Shown here one piece after another: positions 35,214-49,010 of a stretch of 64,000 bases of DNA (its first letter is position 1; every line of letters begins with the position of its first letter). The translations under genes and the position numbers were made by a program. Origin of the DNA: Raillietiella orientalis (Eukaryota); assembly GCA_036172245.1 (NCBI GenBank), contig JAYWIR010000035.1:2170001-2234000 (forward strand). The letters are read 5' to 3'. The notes under the pieces are model-generated. The model was not told the origin of the DNA and did not search any database. It saw only the letters and a program-made list of their open reading frames with translations.

Positions 35214-38200
35214 TTGCCACCCGGTCACGCCGGGGCGTTTATTTAAAATTCTCTTTGGTTCGTGGTACGAGGCCCCACTACGGCCAACTCAACTGGACCT
35301 GCCGGGTCGCGGGTACGCAGACCGGCGCGACTCTCCTCGGCAGCGGAAGGGGGTGGGGGAAAAAACAAAAAGAAAAATAAAACATAAAAACAAAAAGATT
35401 TGGGAGGGTTGGGGAGGGATCACTGACCACTGGGAGGAGGGTCCATCCTTCGCAGGATGCCCTCGAGGTCCGTCCGTATAATCCCCAGGTGGGGCGATCT
35501 GCTCACAATCCGCAGTTAGCGGACTGCAAGTACGACGGCATCCCTGTCGTGATTCGGTCTTCCGACGTTGCTCCAGCACGTCACAATCCCGCGTACGCAG
35601 CAAAGTGCAGCCAGGGCAGCGGCTGGACGCAGGGCATCATGCACGAACAGAAGCCGAAAAACGTCTCTGGGCTGGCTGCCCTCCTGGATCCGTAGGGAGG
35701 CACGAAGACGTTCCCACAGTGGTCGGAGGGCAGCACAATCAACAAGGAGGTGGGGGAGAGTTTCCCGTTCCCCACACCTGATGCAAGTAGGATCTACTCG
35801 ACCCCTGGTCCAGTGGTGGCGGCGTGCGTTGCAGGGTAGACCCCAATGCAACAACAGAAGCGCCGACTCCTGCCACTTTAGGGGGAGGATCCTAGAACCA
35901 ATTAATACCGGGGGCCACTTCAGGGCATCCGTCTGGATGCCGAGTAGCTCACCCCATCTCTGAAGTCCACTCGGCTGGACAGTAGGTGTACTGGCGTCCG
36001 CCAGTTCACCCGTGGACCAGCCGTTGATTAACTTCTCCTTGCCTGCGATGCGGCAGGAGACTTGCCACCTAGGCTTGCGGCTGCTGGAGAGCGCCCTCCT
36101 CAGGAAGGGCATCGCCGTTGCTAGGGGGGTTGTCTCTGCCCACGTGCTTCTCGCGGGACACTGGAGTATCTTCCGCAGAGTGCTGCGGGAATAGGCGCCG
36201 CGTCGCAGGCAGTTCCACATCTCTTCATTCTTTTCATTAATCTTCGCCCACGTGCCAGCTGTCTCCTCCAGCCATGCGGAGGAGTTGGCGGGGCTGCATA
36301 CCATCCAGCCGTTTTCCTTCGCCAGAGTTGCCATGCGTCCCAGGAGAAGTCCGCATCTCTTGATCTTCTTGCCACGGCAGAGAAGATAGGACGCGAGACC
36401 CTCCGTCCCGGATACACGGCTGGCAAGGAGTCGGGCCGGAACGCACCAAGAAGTGCTCCATAACTTCGCTGCGATGGCGAAGTTTCGCCACCGCAGCTGA
36501 ATCTCTACTCGCTTTATCGTCAAGAGGCCGAGACCGCCATCCCGACGTGGAGCACACAAGTCCTTCAACGGAACTCGGGGCCTCCCTCTTCCCCAAAGGG
36601 CAATTCTCAGGAGGTCCTTCGTCCGTTTTTCAACTCTCTGGGGACGGGGCAAACAAAAAGCAGGGGGCGGAGGATAGGAGCCGCGAACGCGTTCCATACC
36701 GCGGCCCGTTCCGGAAGGAGAAACTTGTCTTCCAGGAACGGGCCGATCGCCGTTTCCACTTTTTGGAGGCAGCCGGACCACGCTTCCGCGGGGGAGTAGT
36801 CCCCCAACGGCACACCAAGGTACTTCAAGCACCTCGCCGTGGGGATCCCCAAGCGGACCCAGTCCTGCTGCCCAGCCCACGTCGCACCGACTGGCACCAC
36901 CGTCGACTTCGCCCTGTTCACCGTAAGTCCGGTCCCGCGGATAAGCAGATCGAAGAAATCCCCGACCGCCTTCGCCGGGGTGGACATCGGCAACAGAAGC
37001 AAAAGATCGTCGGCGTATGCTGCTACGGCAGGCGTGCCGGGGCACGAGCTCGGCAAGGGTGCCAGTCACCCTGTACGCTCTCAGCACCAACTCAAAGTAG
37101 GTGCTAAAGAGCAGGGGACTGAGGCTGTCGCCCTGCCGTATGCCCCGACGTACCGGCACGCCGTACGCCATTTGACCTCTGAAAGAGATATTGATCAGCG
37201 CGCTGCGCCAGCAAGAGCGCAGGTAGGTCAGTAGGGAGTGAGGGAAGCCCATGCGTCCCAGGAGCTCCAGCAGGAGATCCTGGTCCACGCAGTCAAACGC
37301 TTTGTGCAGATCGACTGCGATCGCTAGGGCTCCCTTCCCCACCTGGGAGTCCTGTCCCTGCCCGGCTGACGCTCCCAAAGCGGGGCTGCCAATCCTTTCC
37401 TCTTCCTTTTCTTGACTACTCTGCACATGAAACCATGTGCTCGCGAAGAAGAGGTTGGCCTCCATACTTCGCCCGGGAACAGCGTAAGTCTGCTCCGGGC
37501 TAATTATGGAATTGGCCACCTGCCCCAGACGCGAAGCCCACAGTCCGTCGATCAACTTGGCGTCCGTGTTCACAATTGTGATCGGACGCCAGTTGCTGAG
37601 TTTCCTGAGGTCTCCTCCTTTCGGAAGGAGCCTCACTCTGGCTGACCGAAACGAGGCGGGTACATCGCCTTCATCTCGGATCAGCCTTGTCAACTCAAGC
37701 ACCAGGGGTGCCAACTCTGCCGCGAAACATTGAAAAAACTCCGCAGGCAGGCCGTCCTCCCCTGGTGCTTTCCGCCTCTTGAGCCTTTTGATACCGGCGA
37801 GAATTTCGCCGGTGGTAAAAGGCTCGTCGAGGCTTTCCTTCTCCTCCTCCCCTATTGCCGGGGCACCGTTCGGAAGCATGCGCCGAGAGGCATCTTGGTC
37901 CGGGGGCGCCCTGGCGTAAAGGGAGGAATAAAAACGCCGCACGAGGTGCCGTATTCTAGCCGGAGCCGAGTGCTCCCGGCCCTGGTCGTCCAGCAAGCTG
38001 GCCGATCCGGATTGCCAGGCTAGACGTTCGGCCCCGGCTCGGTATTCTGCCAGGCGAAGGACATTGGGAGTCCTCTCGTACCGGCGGGCGTGTAAATAGG
38101 CCCTATGGTTACGAGCCCCCTCCCCAAATCCGGGGGGCAGGCGGTGCAGAGGGAACTCCTCGCAGAACTCGCGGACCGAGGCCTTCAAGAGGTCCCAATG

Positions 38201-41200
38201 TTTGAGACTGCGGAGGGTGACGCCTCTCAGGAATTCGCGAAGGTGTTCCTTCGCACCTGAGAGTCTCGTCCAGTCCCCAGGCAGACGCGACGCCCTGGAT
38301 GGGGGCCCTTGTCGCGCGGGCATACCTCGAATATCAACCGGAAATGGTCAGGCAGCTCCGACGCAACTTTCCCCCGTTTGCCGACCCGTGAACACAGGTC
38401 GACATCCAGGAAGACGTGGTCGATGCTGCTGACCATTTCCGAAAGATCCCCTAACAAGTTGCGCGTGCGCATTGCGGCGCACAACTCGTTAGCCGTCCGT
38501 TCCTGTGCGTGTGGCTCACCTGATAGCAGGCGGAGATTAAAGTTGGAGGCTTTGTGGTTAAGGCCTCCGCGCGTGGCACCATGCGTCGCGGGATCGAATA
38601 CTCTGGCAGAAACTGACGCCACTGCGTCGTTGGGTTCCGAGTTTCTCCTGCAATGGCGCTGGTTGGCCGATAACATTCGGGCGTGGCACCGGTGGTCGTT
38701 TAAGCCGGAGGCCCCTGATGGAGGCCGGAACAATGGAAGTCGACCTTCGGGTCCTTCCAGGAATCCAAGGAGTGGGGAGTTCCCCCTCCGGTCGTGCAAC
38801 GGAGAGCGGACCCCCTTAGCTGGGGTCCCATCCGAGTCGTCGCCTCTTCACAGAGTGCAAGAGAAGGAACATGGAGCAGGAGCCCAAGCGGGGCTCCTCT
38901 CCTAGTTGTTCGATGGAGCGGACCCCCTCAGCGGGGGTACCCTCCCAGTCGTCGCCTCTTCACAGAGTGTGCGCAATGAAGCAAGCGAGAGCGATTCCCT
39001 GCGGGAAGCTGCAGCGGCCCTTCTGAGTTTCGGAAGCGTCCCTTCGGGGTTGTCTTCAGAGGAGTGAATAAAGGAGCGGTTCCCTTGCGGGTTCCCTCCG
39101 GAGAAGTTGAAATGGAGAGGACAGCCCCTCCCCATTGGGGAGGGAGGGTCCCTCCGGAGAGAATAAGGAAAGAGACAACCAGGGTGGGAGGTGCGATCCC
39201 CCCAAGGGTGAGAGAGGAAACGGAGATTAAAGTCTCCCGCTATCAGGTGAGCCACGCGCACGTTCGCTTCCACCAGCCAGTCGCGCTTTAGGGTTTCCAG
39301 GAACGCCTTACGTTCCTGGTATTGGTAGGACCGCTCGGAGCGTACACATTTGTTACGACGAGGTCGATCGTGTCGGACCACCTGAGAATCAGCTGGCCGA
39401 CACGACCGGCTTCGTCGAAGCGCACGCCCTTCACGGCTGCGTCGACTGCCGGCTTCATAAAAAACGCGACGCCGCAGGTGTATCGGGTGCCGCATTGCCA
39501 CATCAACCGTCCCCCTGCGATCCTTTCGATCTCCTGGGCGTTCTCCGCGGTGATCACGTGGATCTCCTGCAGGAGTGCCAGGTCGAAGTCACGCAGGGTG
39601 GCGGCCGTGTCCCGTCTGTTGCCGTCGTCGCGCAGCCCGTTCACGTTCCAGCAGGCCACGCGTAATCGACGGCGACAGGCGAGCCCAGGTGTTACTCCTG
39701 GGAATGTGGCAATGGGGCTCCCGCCACCTGGTCGGGCGGGACGGATGGAGGCATGGGGGCACCGCCCAGCGGTTCTCCCACCTCCATGGGGGCCGATTCC
39801 TCGGCGGACCGCAACGGTTGAATGGAGCATGCTTCACGCACCTGCTTCCCCTCTTCCATGCGGGCCGATTCCTCGACTGCGATGGACGGCAGGGGGGAGC
39901 GGTTCTCAGCTGTCTGCTCCCCCTCTTCCATGACCATCTTCTCCGCAGGCTTCACCTGTGGAAGGGGGAGGCAATTCCCTACCTGCTCCCCCTCCTCCAT
40001 GGGGGTGGCCGGCTGCTCGGTGGCGAAGGGTGGGAAAATTCCTACCTCCATTCCCACGCTGCCGGCTTCCCCCTCGGCTGCCGGTGCGTCCCCCTCGCTC
40101 TTCGTCGGGATGCGCCTCTTGGGATTCTTGGACTTCCGTCCAGTCTTCTTCGGAGGCGCCTCCGCGGAGGAGGACGCACTTCCGGCATCCGGTTCGTGGT
40201 CACCTGTCCGAGGTGCCTTGCTCGCGGCCGGCCTTCGCAAGGCCTTTCGCGCGCCGGTCTCACGCTGCGCGAGTTCGGCCGCGAGCTCTTCCGCCTCCTG
40301 CTGGAAGGCGGCGTCCTCGATTGCGGCGAGCGCGTCGCTCGGCTCCCCCTCTGTTTGCACAGAGGTTTCGCCTTTTTCGATCGCGGCTTCGGCGTCAACG
40401 AGGCGGGAGATATCTCCCCCGGTGGAGGTCTCGGGGAGCTCCACTCGCTCCAAAGCGACCGAACATTCGCGGAGCAACGCGCGGCGTTGTCTCCTATTTA
40501 AAGAAGATGTCGCGGGTTCCGCTGTCGGTTCTTCGGTATTCTTTAATTTTTTACTTTTAGGCTTCGCCTTATGCCAGCCCTCGCTCTCTCCAGCGTCGTC
40601 GGGAGTACCCTCGACCGGCGCTTGCTGCACGGGTTCGGGCTCTGGCTGTGGGTTCCGCCTCTCGGGTGCCTCCTTAGGCTTGTCCGATCGCCCTGCGCGT
40701 TTCCCTTTGGCTTTTTTCAAAGCAGGGGGAGCCGGGGTTTCGCATTTAGGACACACCTTCCGCAGGTGGCCCTTTTCGCCGCAGTTGAAGCACTGGATGT
40801 GGGGGCACCGTTTTTTCAGGTGCCCTGTTGCATCACAGTGCCCACAGTACTTGGGCTTGCCCACGAACCAGACGTCGACGACCTCGTTGCCGACGTCGGG
40901 TTTGTGGGGCAGCCCACCGTTTTCGTGGACCGTCACACGCGCTGCAGCCATGCCACTGAACAGTCTTCCGTATGTTTGGAAGACGTTGGGCTTGGTCCAG
41001 AGCGCGTGCACCGTACCATGTTTTTGTAACTCTTCCTGCACGCCAGCTTTGGTCATGCGAAGAGTTACACCCGTAAGGTGGGCAACAATGGAGCGGTCCT
41101 CCGTTACAGGGAACACCTTTCGGCCTTCCAGAGTGATGGGAGTGTTCAGCAGGCGTTGAGCCAGACTTGCATTTTTGCACGTCAGCTCTACCCGCTGGCC

Positions 41201-41801
41201 CCCACGCATCACGGAGACACCTTCCAGGTCTTCCTCTTTAACATCCAACCGCTGTAACTCCCTTTCAAAGTTACGAGCGGTGTTCCCTATAAACAGGTTT
41301 CCTACCTTGTAAATCAAGGACGGCTTGTATCCTTGTTCCAGGTAGGCCCGTTGTTCTGCTAAGGCAGCAGGAGATGGCGCTGCAGCCACGGAGCTCCAGG
41401 TCTTCGTGCATGGAGCAGGTGGATCCAAGGACGCGGTTGCCCCCTTTTTCAAGGGGGCGGTTGCGGCCTTTTCCAAGGCGGCGGTTGTCCCCTTTTTCAA
41501 GGGGGCGGTTGCGGCCTTTTGCACGAGAACGGTTGCTCGCTTTTTCAAGGTGGCAGTAGCCCTCGTTTCCGGAGAGGCGGTTGCCCCCTTTTTCAAGGGA
41601 GCGGTTGCTCTCTACTCCGTGGGGGCGGTTGCCTTCACCTCAATAGGTTGGGGAGAGGAGCAATCCTCTCCCCCGCCGACTTCCATCGCGGTGTCCTCAG
41701 GCATTTCTGCCATTGGACACCGCAGATGCTCCACACACAAACACTACCGAAAAAGAACGCTTTACAACAGGCGCAGGGGAGCGCGGAAATAACACGTCCG
41801 C
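35214..41801 (-). mobile_element. Full-length subfamily B copy 2
   Basis: TSD A(T/C)GCCAAGTTGATAG (35199-35213 / 41802-41816); ORF1 about 39692-41713; ORF2 frameshifted. Confidence 0.95.
38544..39220. mobile_element. 677-bp non-LINE, hairpin-rich insert with 13-bp TSD
   Basis: CGGAGATTAAAGT at 38531-38543 and 39221-39233; the site is empty in B1 (8103-8115). Confidence 0.92.
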
Positions 41802-43500
41802 ACGCCAAGTTGATAGCCAAGATGTGGGCAGAGCGTCTGGGACGGGTTGCCAACATCTTCATCAGCCCGGAACAGACTTATTCTGTTCCCTGGCGGAGCA
41901 TGGAGGCGAACCTGTTCCACGCTTCCACATGGTTAGAGCTCCAACAAGGAAGGGGCTTATTGAGCAGCCGGAATTCCGGTGCGTAAGTTGGCGGGAGACA
42001 AAACGGTCGAGTGGGGAAGGGAGCCCTTGCGGTCGCTGTCGACTTGCGTAAAGCATTCGACAGCGTCGACCAGAATCTCCTGCTGGAGCTTCTGGAACGC
42101 TTGGGCTTCCCGGCCTCTTTGTTGGCCTACCTGCGCTCCAGCTGGCGCGACGCGCTCATTAATGTTCTTTTCCGCGGGCAAACCGTGCACGGAGTACCGG
42201 TGCGACGCGACATTCGGCAGGGAGACAGCCTGAGCCACCTGCTCTTTAGCGCCTTTTTCGAATTGGTGCTGAGAGCGTACAGGGAGACTCTTGCGCACCT
42301 GCCGTGCGATTGCCCCGGTACGCCTGCGGTTTCGGCGTACGCGGACGATCTTCTGCTGCTGCTGCCTATGTCCACCCCGGCCTCGGCGGTCGAGGACTTC
42401 TTCGACCTGCTGAGTCGTGGAACAGGACTGACGGTGAACAGGGCGAAGTCGTGCGTAATGCCAGTCGGAGCGGCGTGGGCAGGGCAGCAGGACTGGGTCC
42501 GTTTGGGGATCTCCACGGTGAGGTACTTCAAGTACCTTGGTGTGCCGTTGGGGGATTACTCCCCTGCGGAAGCGTGTTCCGGCTGCCTTCAGAAGGCTCA
42601 GGCGGCGATCGGCCCGTTCCAGGACGGCAGGTTCTACCTGCAGGAACGGGCCACGGCGTGGAACGCGTTTGCGGCCTACCTCCTTCGCCCTTTGCTTTTT
42701 GTTTTCCCCCCCTCAGCGGAGTCAAAGAAGAGGACGAAGGACCTCCTGAGGATCGCCATTTGGGGCAGAGGGAGGCCCCGTGTCCGTCTTTCGGACTTGT
42801 GCGCTCCTCGTCGGGATGGTGGTCTGGGCCTCCTGACGTTGGAGCGGCTGGAGCTACAGCTCCAGTTCCGAGTTGTTGCGTTTATGGCAGGAAATTGGTG
42901 AACCCCTTGGTGCCTCCCTGCACGTCTCCTCGTCGAGCGGGCCACCGGCAATGCGGGACTCTCGTCCTACTTTGCACTCCGAAGCCCCATCTGCCACTGC
43001 GGACTTCAACTTCGGAGGGCGGCCAAGCTCGTGAAGAGCAACTCGGCGCGGATCCTCGTACGCCCCGCGAACGGTCCTGCCTGGTTGCAGGAAACCGTCC
43101 GCACGTGGGCGATGACTCAGGAGCAGAGCCCGCAACACGAGCGAATAGCTCTGTTCGGGCCGCATGCCCGCCGCACGCTCCGAGAAATCATCGAGAATCC
43201 CCGAAGGAGAGCGTGGGCACAAAGAACCTCCCTTGCTGCGGTACTGCCTACCCTACGGGAACATCTGGGCAGCGACGTCGCGGCACAATGGGAGGTTACT
43301 GTCAAGATCGCCAGCAGGGCAAAGAAGATCGGGGATTGGAGAACGGGTCAGCTCACCAACGCTGCGACCCCGAGGACCACCCCAAATGGAGTGTTGCGCT
43401 GGGGAGAGCTACTGGATGTTCCAGAGGAACATCTCGAGTGGCCCCCGGTGCTCATGGACTCGCGCACCCTCCCCATGAAGTGGCAACAGTCGGCACTGCT

Positions 43501-46500
43501 TTTACACCCGGGTGCGCCGGGGCGTTTATTGCTTTAATAAAAAAAAAAAAAAAAAAATAAAAATAAAAATAAACAAGCAAGTGTAGGGCTATCTCCCCTA
43601 CAGTGTTCAGTACATGTTCTTCTGAACTCGCCGAGTGGGCAGCACGCAGGCTCCCAAGGTCGACTCGGCAGCGGAGGGGGAAGGGACAAATAGAAAAAAA
43701 CAAAAAGAAAACACTATTTACAAAAGCAGGGAGGGGTTGGGGAAGGGATCACGTTCCGCTGGAGACGTCCTCTACATCCTTTGCAGGATGCCGGCAAGTT
43801 CAAACTGCATGTGTCCCAGATGGGTCCATCTGGCTGCCGTCCTCAGGAAGCGCAGGGCGTAGCACAAGATGTCCCTATCGTTCGGTCCACCAGTGGCGGT
43901 GCTCCAAGCCGCTACAATCCCTCGTAGGCAGCAGAGGGCTGCAAGGGCTGCGGCAGGCGAAAGGGCGTCGCGCACGAAGAGGCGCTTTAAAACGTCTCTG
44001 GGTGCGTGCAAGGGTGCACCAACGGCTGTTGCAAAGCGCAACCACAGGGGCCGGAGGGCAACACAGTCAACGAGCAGGTGCGGGAGAGTTTCTCGTTCCC
44101 CGCACCTGACACAGTTTGGGTCCACAACCCCCCTCGTCCAATGAGAGCGGCGGGCGTTGCTGGGGAGTCCCCAGTGCAACACCAGGAACGCCGACTCCTG
44201 CCACTTTAGGGGGAGGGCCCGAGTATTCCTCAGCACTGGGGGCCACTCGAGTTCATCTCGCGGGATGCACAGCAGCTCGCCCCAGCGCAACAGTCCTCTC
44301 GGTGGGGAACTTGGGATCGCGGCATCAGCAAGCTGACCCGTGGTCCAACCACCTTGTTCTTTCTCAGTGTCCCTGATCGTACACCGGACCTCCTACATGG
44401 CCGGCTGGCTACTGCCCAGATGTTCTTTGAGGTGGGACAGAGCTGTGGCAAGGGAGGTCCTCTCAGCCCACGCACTCAAGGCGGGCTGCACGATGATGTC
44501 CTGCAGCGAGCGGCTCTTATGATAGGAGTGCAGCATTCGCTGCCGCAACTCCGGGCTCGCTTCCTCGATCTGGGCCCACGTGCGAAGGCTTTCCTGCAAC
44601 CAGGAAGTGCCGTTCGCGGGCCGGCAGGAGATCCAGGTGTTCTTCCTGGTCAGCTTCGCCACTCGCCGAAGAGCCAGTCCGCAGTGGAACAGGTACCGGC
44701 GTTTGCGGCGCGCTAGGAAGGTAGACAGTCCCGCGCAGCCGCCGACTCGCTGAACCAGGCATCGTGCAGGCTCGCACCAGCTGGCGCTCCACAACTTCGC
44801 CACTAGGGCGATTGTTCGGAACTGCAGCTGCAGTTCGAGGCGCTCCAGCGTGAGGAGGCCAAGGCCCCCATCGCGACGAGGGGCGCACAAGTCCTTCCAA
44901 CGCGCGCGGGGCCTTCCTCTGAACCAGATGGCGATTCTGAGGAGGTCCTTTGTACGTGTTCTCACAACACGGGGTGGGGGACAAACAAAAAGCAAGGAGC
45001 GAAACAGGGGGGCCACGAAAGTGTTCCACAGCACGGCCCGTTCCGGCAAGAAGAACTTGCCATCCAGGAACGGGCCGATCGCTCTCTCGGCCTTTTGGAG
45101 GCAGCAAGACCATTGTTCCGCTGGGGAGTAGTCCCCCAACGGCACACCGAGGTACTTAAGGTACCGTACCGTGGGGATCCCCAAGCGAGACCAGTCTAGC
45201 TGCCCTGCCCACGAGGAACCGACTGCAACAACGGACGACTTTGCTCTGTTCACCTCCAGTCCTGTCCCGCGACGCAGCAGCTCGAAAAAGTTTTCGACCG
45301 CCGACGCCGGGGTGGACATGGGGAGCAGCAGCAGAAGATCGTCCGCATGCGCCGCTAAGGCCGGTGTACCTGGGCACCCGCGCGGCAGGCGACCAAGAGT
45401 CTCCCTGAATGCCCTCAGCACCAACTCGAAGTAGGTGCTGAAGAGCAAGGGGCTCAAGCTATCACCCTGCCGTATCCCGCCGCGCACCGGAACCGAACAC
45501 GTTCCTTCCCCTGAAAGCAATGTTGGTCAGCGCGTCGCGCCAGCAAGAGCGCAGAAAGGCCAATAAGGAGGCCGGGAAGCCCAAGCGCTCCAGAAGCTCC
45601 AGCAGGAGCTCCTGGTCGACACTGTCGAATGCTTTCCGCAAATCGACAGCGACCGCGAGGGCCTTTTCTCTCTCCCGACTATCCCGCGAACCACCAGCGG
45701 ACGTCCCGCAAATCGGGCTGCCGACCTTGTTCCCTCCATTCATTCTGGTTCTTTGAAGTTCGAACCAGGTGTTCGCGAAGAGCAGGTTGGCGTCCATGCT
45801 TCGCCTGGGAACAGCGTAGGTCTGCTCCGGGCTAATGAAGCTTTCCGCCACCCGCCCCATTCGCTCCGACCATAGCTTCGCAACCAGCTTGGCGTCCGCG
45901 TTCAGTACGGTAATCGGACGCCAATTGCTGAGGTTCCGTAAGTCTCCTCCTTTCGGTAGGAGACGCATACGTGCCGATCGGAAGGAGGCGGGAACGTCTC
46001 CTGTCTCCCGGATCAGCAGCGTTAGGCGCTGCACCAGGGGAGCCAGCTCCGCCGCGAAGCACTGAAAAAACTCCGCGGGCAGGCCGTCTTCCCCCGGTGA
46101 CTTCCGCCTTTTGAGCTTCCCGATTGCGGTGATGATTTCACCCATCGTGAAAGGCTCGTCCAGGCGTCCTCTCTCTTCTTCCCCGATCGCCGGGGCACCG
46201 TCCGGAAGCAAAAATTGGGAAAATTCCCGGTCCGGAGGCACCCTGGTGTACAGGGAAGAATAATAGCCGCGCACTAGGCTACTCACCTCTGCCGGGGCCG
46301 AGTGCTCTTGGCCTTCGTCGTCCAGCAGGCTGGGCGACCCCGATTGCCAGGCCTGCCGCTCGGCCCCGGCTTTAAATTCCGCCAGTCTTCGGACGTCTGG
46401 TGTTCGGGAGTAACGACGGGCCTGCAGGTAAGCCCTATCGTTCCGAACACCTTCTCCAAATCCTTTCGGGAGACGGTCCATGGGGAACTGTTGGCAGAAC

Positions 46501-49010
46501 TCTCGCACCGAGACTTTCAAATCGTCCCAGTCGTCGAGCGTCTGCAGGCTGAAACCTCGCAAGAACGCGCGGAGGTGTTCCGCTGCGCCTGGCTTGGTCA
46601 GCCAGTCCCCCGGTAGACGCCACGCCTGCGCGGGGGGCCCCCTGTCGCGCGGGAGAATGACGAGTTCCACACGGGAGGGGTCGGAGACTGCGGACTGTAT
46701 CTTACCTCGCCTGCCCACGCGACAGCGCAGGTGATCGTCGAGGAAGACGTGGTCCACGCTCCGTTCCATCCCGGTATCCCCGGCTAACAAGTTGGATGCG
46801 TGCACCGCAGCGCACATCTCGTTAAACGGGGTGGCCTCTGTCCTCGCCGCACCTGATAGCAGGCGAATATTAAAATCGCCGGCTATCAGGTGCCCCGTGC
46901 GCGCGCCTGCCTCCGACAGCCAGTCGCTCTTGAACGCACGGAAAAACGCCGTCCGTGCCACGCGCGCGTGACCGCCGCTCGGCGCGTACACGTTCGTGAC
47001 GACGAGATTGATGGAGTCGGACCACCTGAAGGTGATTTGCCCGACCCGACCTGCCTCATCGAAACGAACTTTCCGCACCGCGCGTTGTAAGGCAGGCTTC
47101 AGAAGGAAAGCGACCCCGCGCGTACGGCGGTGGCCGCATCGCCACATAAGCTGACCACCTGCTATCCGTTCGATCTCCCGCGCATGTTCTGCGGAAATCT
47201 CATGGATCTCCTGCAGCAGCACGAGGTCGAAGGCTTGCAAGGTGGCAGCTATGTCTCGTCTCCTGCCGTCATCGCAAAGCCCGTTGACGTTCCAGCTGGC
47301 GATGCGTATTTGACGGCAGGTGGCGAGTCCCGGCATTACTGCTGGGAAAGTGATGCTGCGTCACCCGCCTCACCTAGGGGCGGGACGCCGGCTTTCTCCT
47401 GTGCAGTGGGGGGCGGCTCGACGACCTCCTCCGTCTCCATCGGCTCCGTCTCGACCGATCGTGGGAGTTCAGGACTCGTGTCCATCTCTCCCACGCTCGC
47501 CGCACCCTCGTTTCCGGAGGATTCCCCTTCCTCGGAGGAGACGATCCTCCTCGGGTTACGGATTTTCCTTCCGGTCTTCCTCGGGGGTGCAGATGCGGAT
47601 GGTGCGTGTCCGGTCTCCGGGTCCGAGTCCGAGGTCCCGGTCCCCCTCCTCTCGGCCGGACGTCGAACGGCCTTCTTCCCGACCTTTGCGGGAGGCTGCT
47701 GACTGGCGGCGAGGTCGGCGGCGGCTTTTGCAAAGCCCACGTCATCGCGGCTCTCCCCCTCGCCGCAGCCCTCGGACGCTGTTTGCACAGCGACGGGGCT
47801 GTCAGCGTTGTTGCACACGGCAACGTCCTGTTCGCACGGCACTTCGGCGTCTGCAAGGCGCTCCAGTACGATCGTGCATTTTTTCAGTCCCTGCTTTTTC
47901 GCGTTTTTCACGGTTTTTGCAGGGACTTTATTTTTATTATTTACGTCCTTTTTTTCTTTCTTTTTCTTTGGACTGACCTTTTGCCAGCCAGGCTCTTCTC
48001 CTTCCACATCGGTTGCCTGCGTTTCTGCAGACGGGGTGGTCGGGATGCCCTTTTTGGCTGGCTCCGGGTCAACCGTATTTTCAGACGGCGGCCTAGTCTT
48101 TCCAGGCTTCTTGCTCGCGTTCGTGCCGCTCACGGCAGCAGCCGGCGCGCGCGAAGTCTTTTTGGGGCACACTTCTTACGTGTGCCCGATTGCCTCGCAC
48201 TTGCGGCAGGTGATGTTGGGGCAGCGTTTCTTCACGTGCCCCGTACCATCACAAAACGCACAGTATTTGGGTTTCCCCAGATACCAGATGTCGACAGAAT
48301 CTCCGTCGACTACTAGTTTATGGGGAACCCCAATGTCCTTATTCACAGTCACACGTGCCGCGGCGAGCCCGCTCAGGAGTCCGTCATAAGTACGGAACCT
48401 GTTGGGCTTCAGCCACAGCGCGTGTACGGTGCCGAATTTGCTGAGTTCAGCCCTAACGGCGCTCGGTGACATCCGCACGGTGATTCCACGGAGGTGGACA
48501 ACTACTGAGTTGTCCACCGGGACAGAGACGATCTGGCGGCTCTCGACCCTGACGGGGGTTCGCAGCAGTCTTTGCGCCAACCCTGCTTCTTTGCAGGTCA
48601 ACTCGACATGCTGTCCCCCGCTGCGGATGGAGAGACCCAGCAGATCCTCCTTGTTAACGTTCAAACGGTGGAGCTCCTTCTCGAAGGAGCGCGCCACACG
48701 GTCATCAAACACCCGGCCTACCTTATACAGCAGACTCAGGTTGTAGTTGTAGGCCTTGTAGGCCTGGGCCTCGGCGATGGCCGCTGCAGATGACGCGGCG
48801 ACCGCGGCGCTGTAGTCCCTCGCCGGCGCGGAGGACGAAGCTTTCGGGGCAGGTGCCCCTATCTCCATGGGTACAGGGGAAGTTCGCCCGGCCCCCACCC
48901 CACATTCACTAGTGGCGGGATCTGGCATTTCTGCCATCCCCCGACCACTGATGCACCGCACTACACCAATAAAGTCGAGCGAGTCAGGAGCGCGCAGAGA
49001 ACACGTCTGA
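43501..49010 (-). mobile_element. Full-length subfamily E
   Basis: TSD GTCGGC(A/G)CTGCT (43489-43500 / 49013-49024); ORF1 about 47336-48937 with one stop; ORF2 from 47336 with frameshifts. Confidence 0.92.

Noticed and set aside
38711..38745. CTGATGGAGGCCGGAA as a hammerhead ribozyme core
   Set aside because: It lacks exact CUGANGA and GAAA spacing, and I could not build stems I-III by eye; an Infernal search is needed.
43536..43575. A-run read as a poly(A) tail
   Set aside because: It is a U-rich tract inside the 3' UTR of minus-strand element E, upstream of its terminal hairpin.
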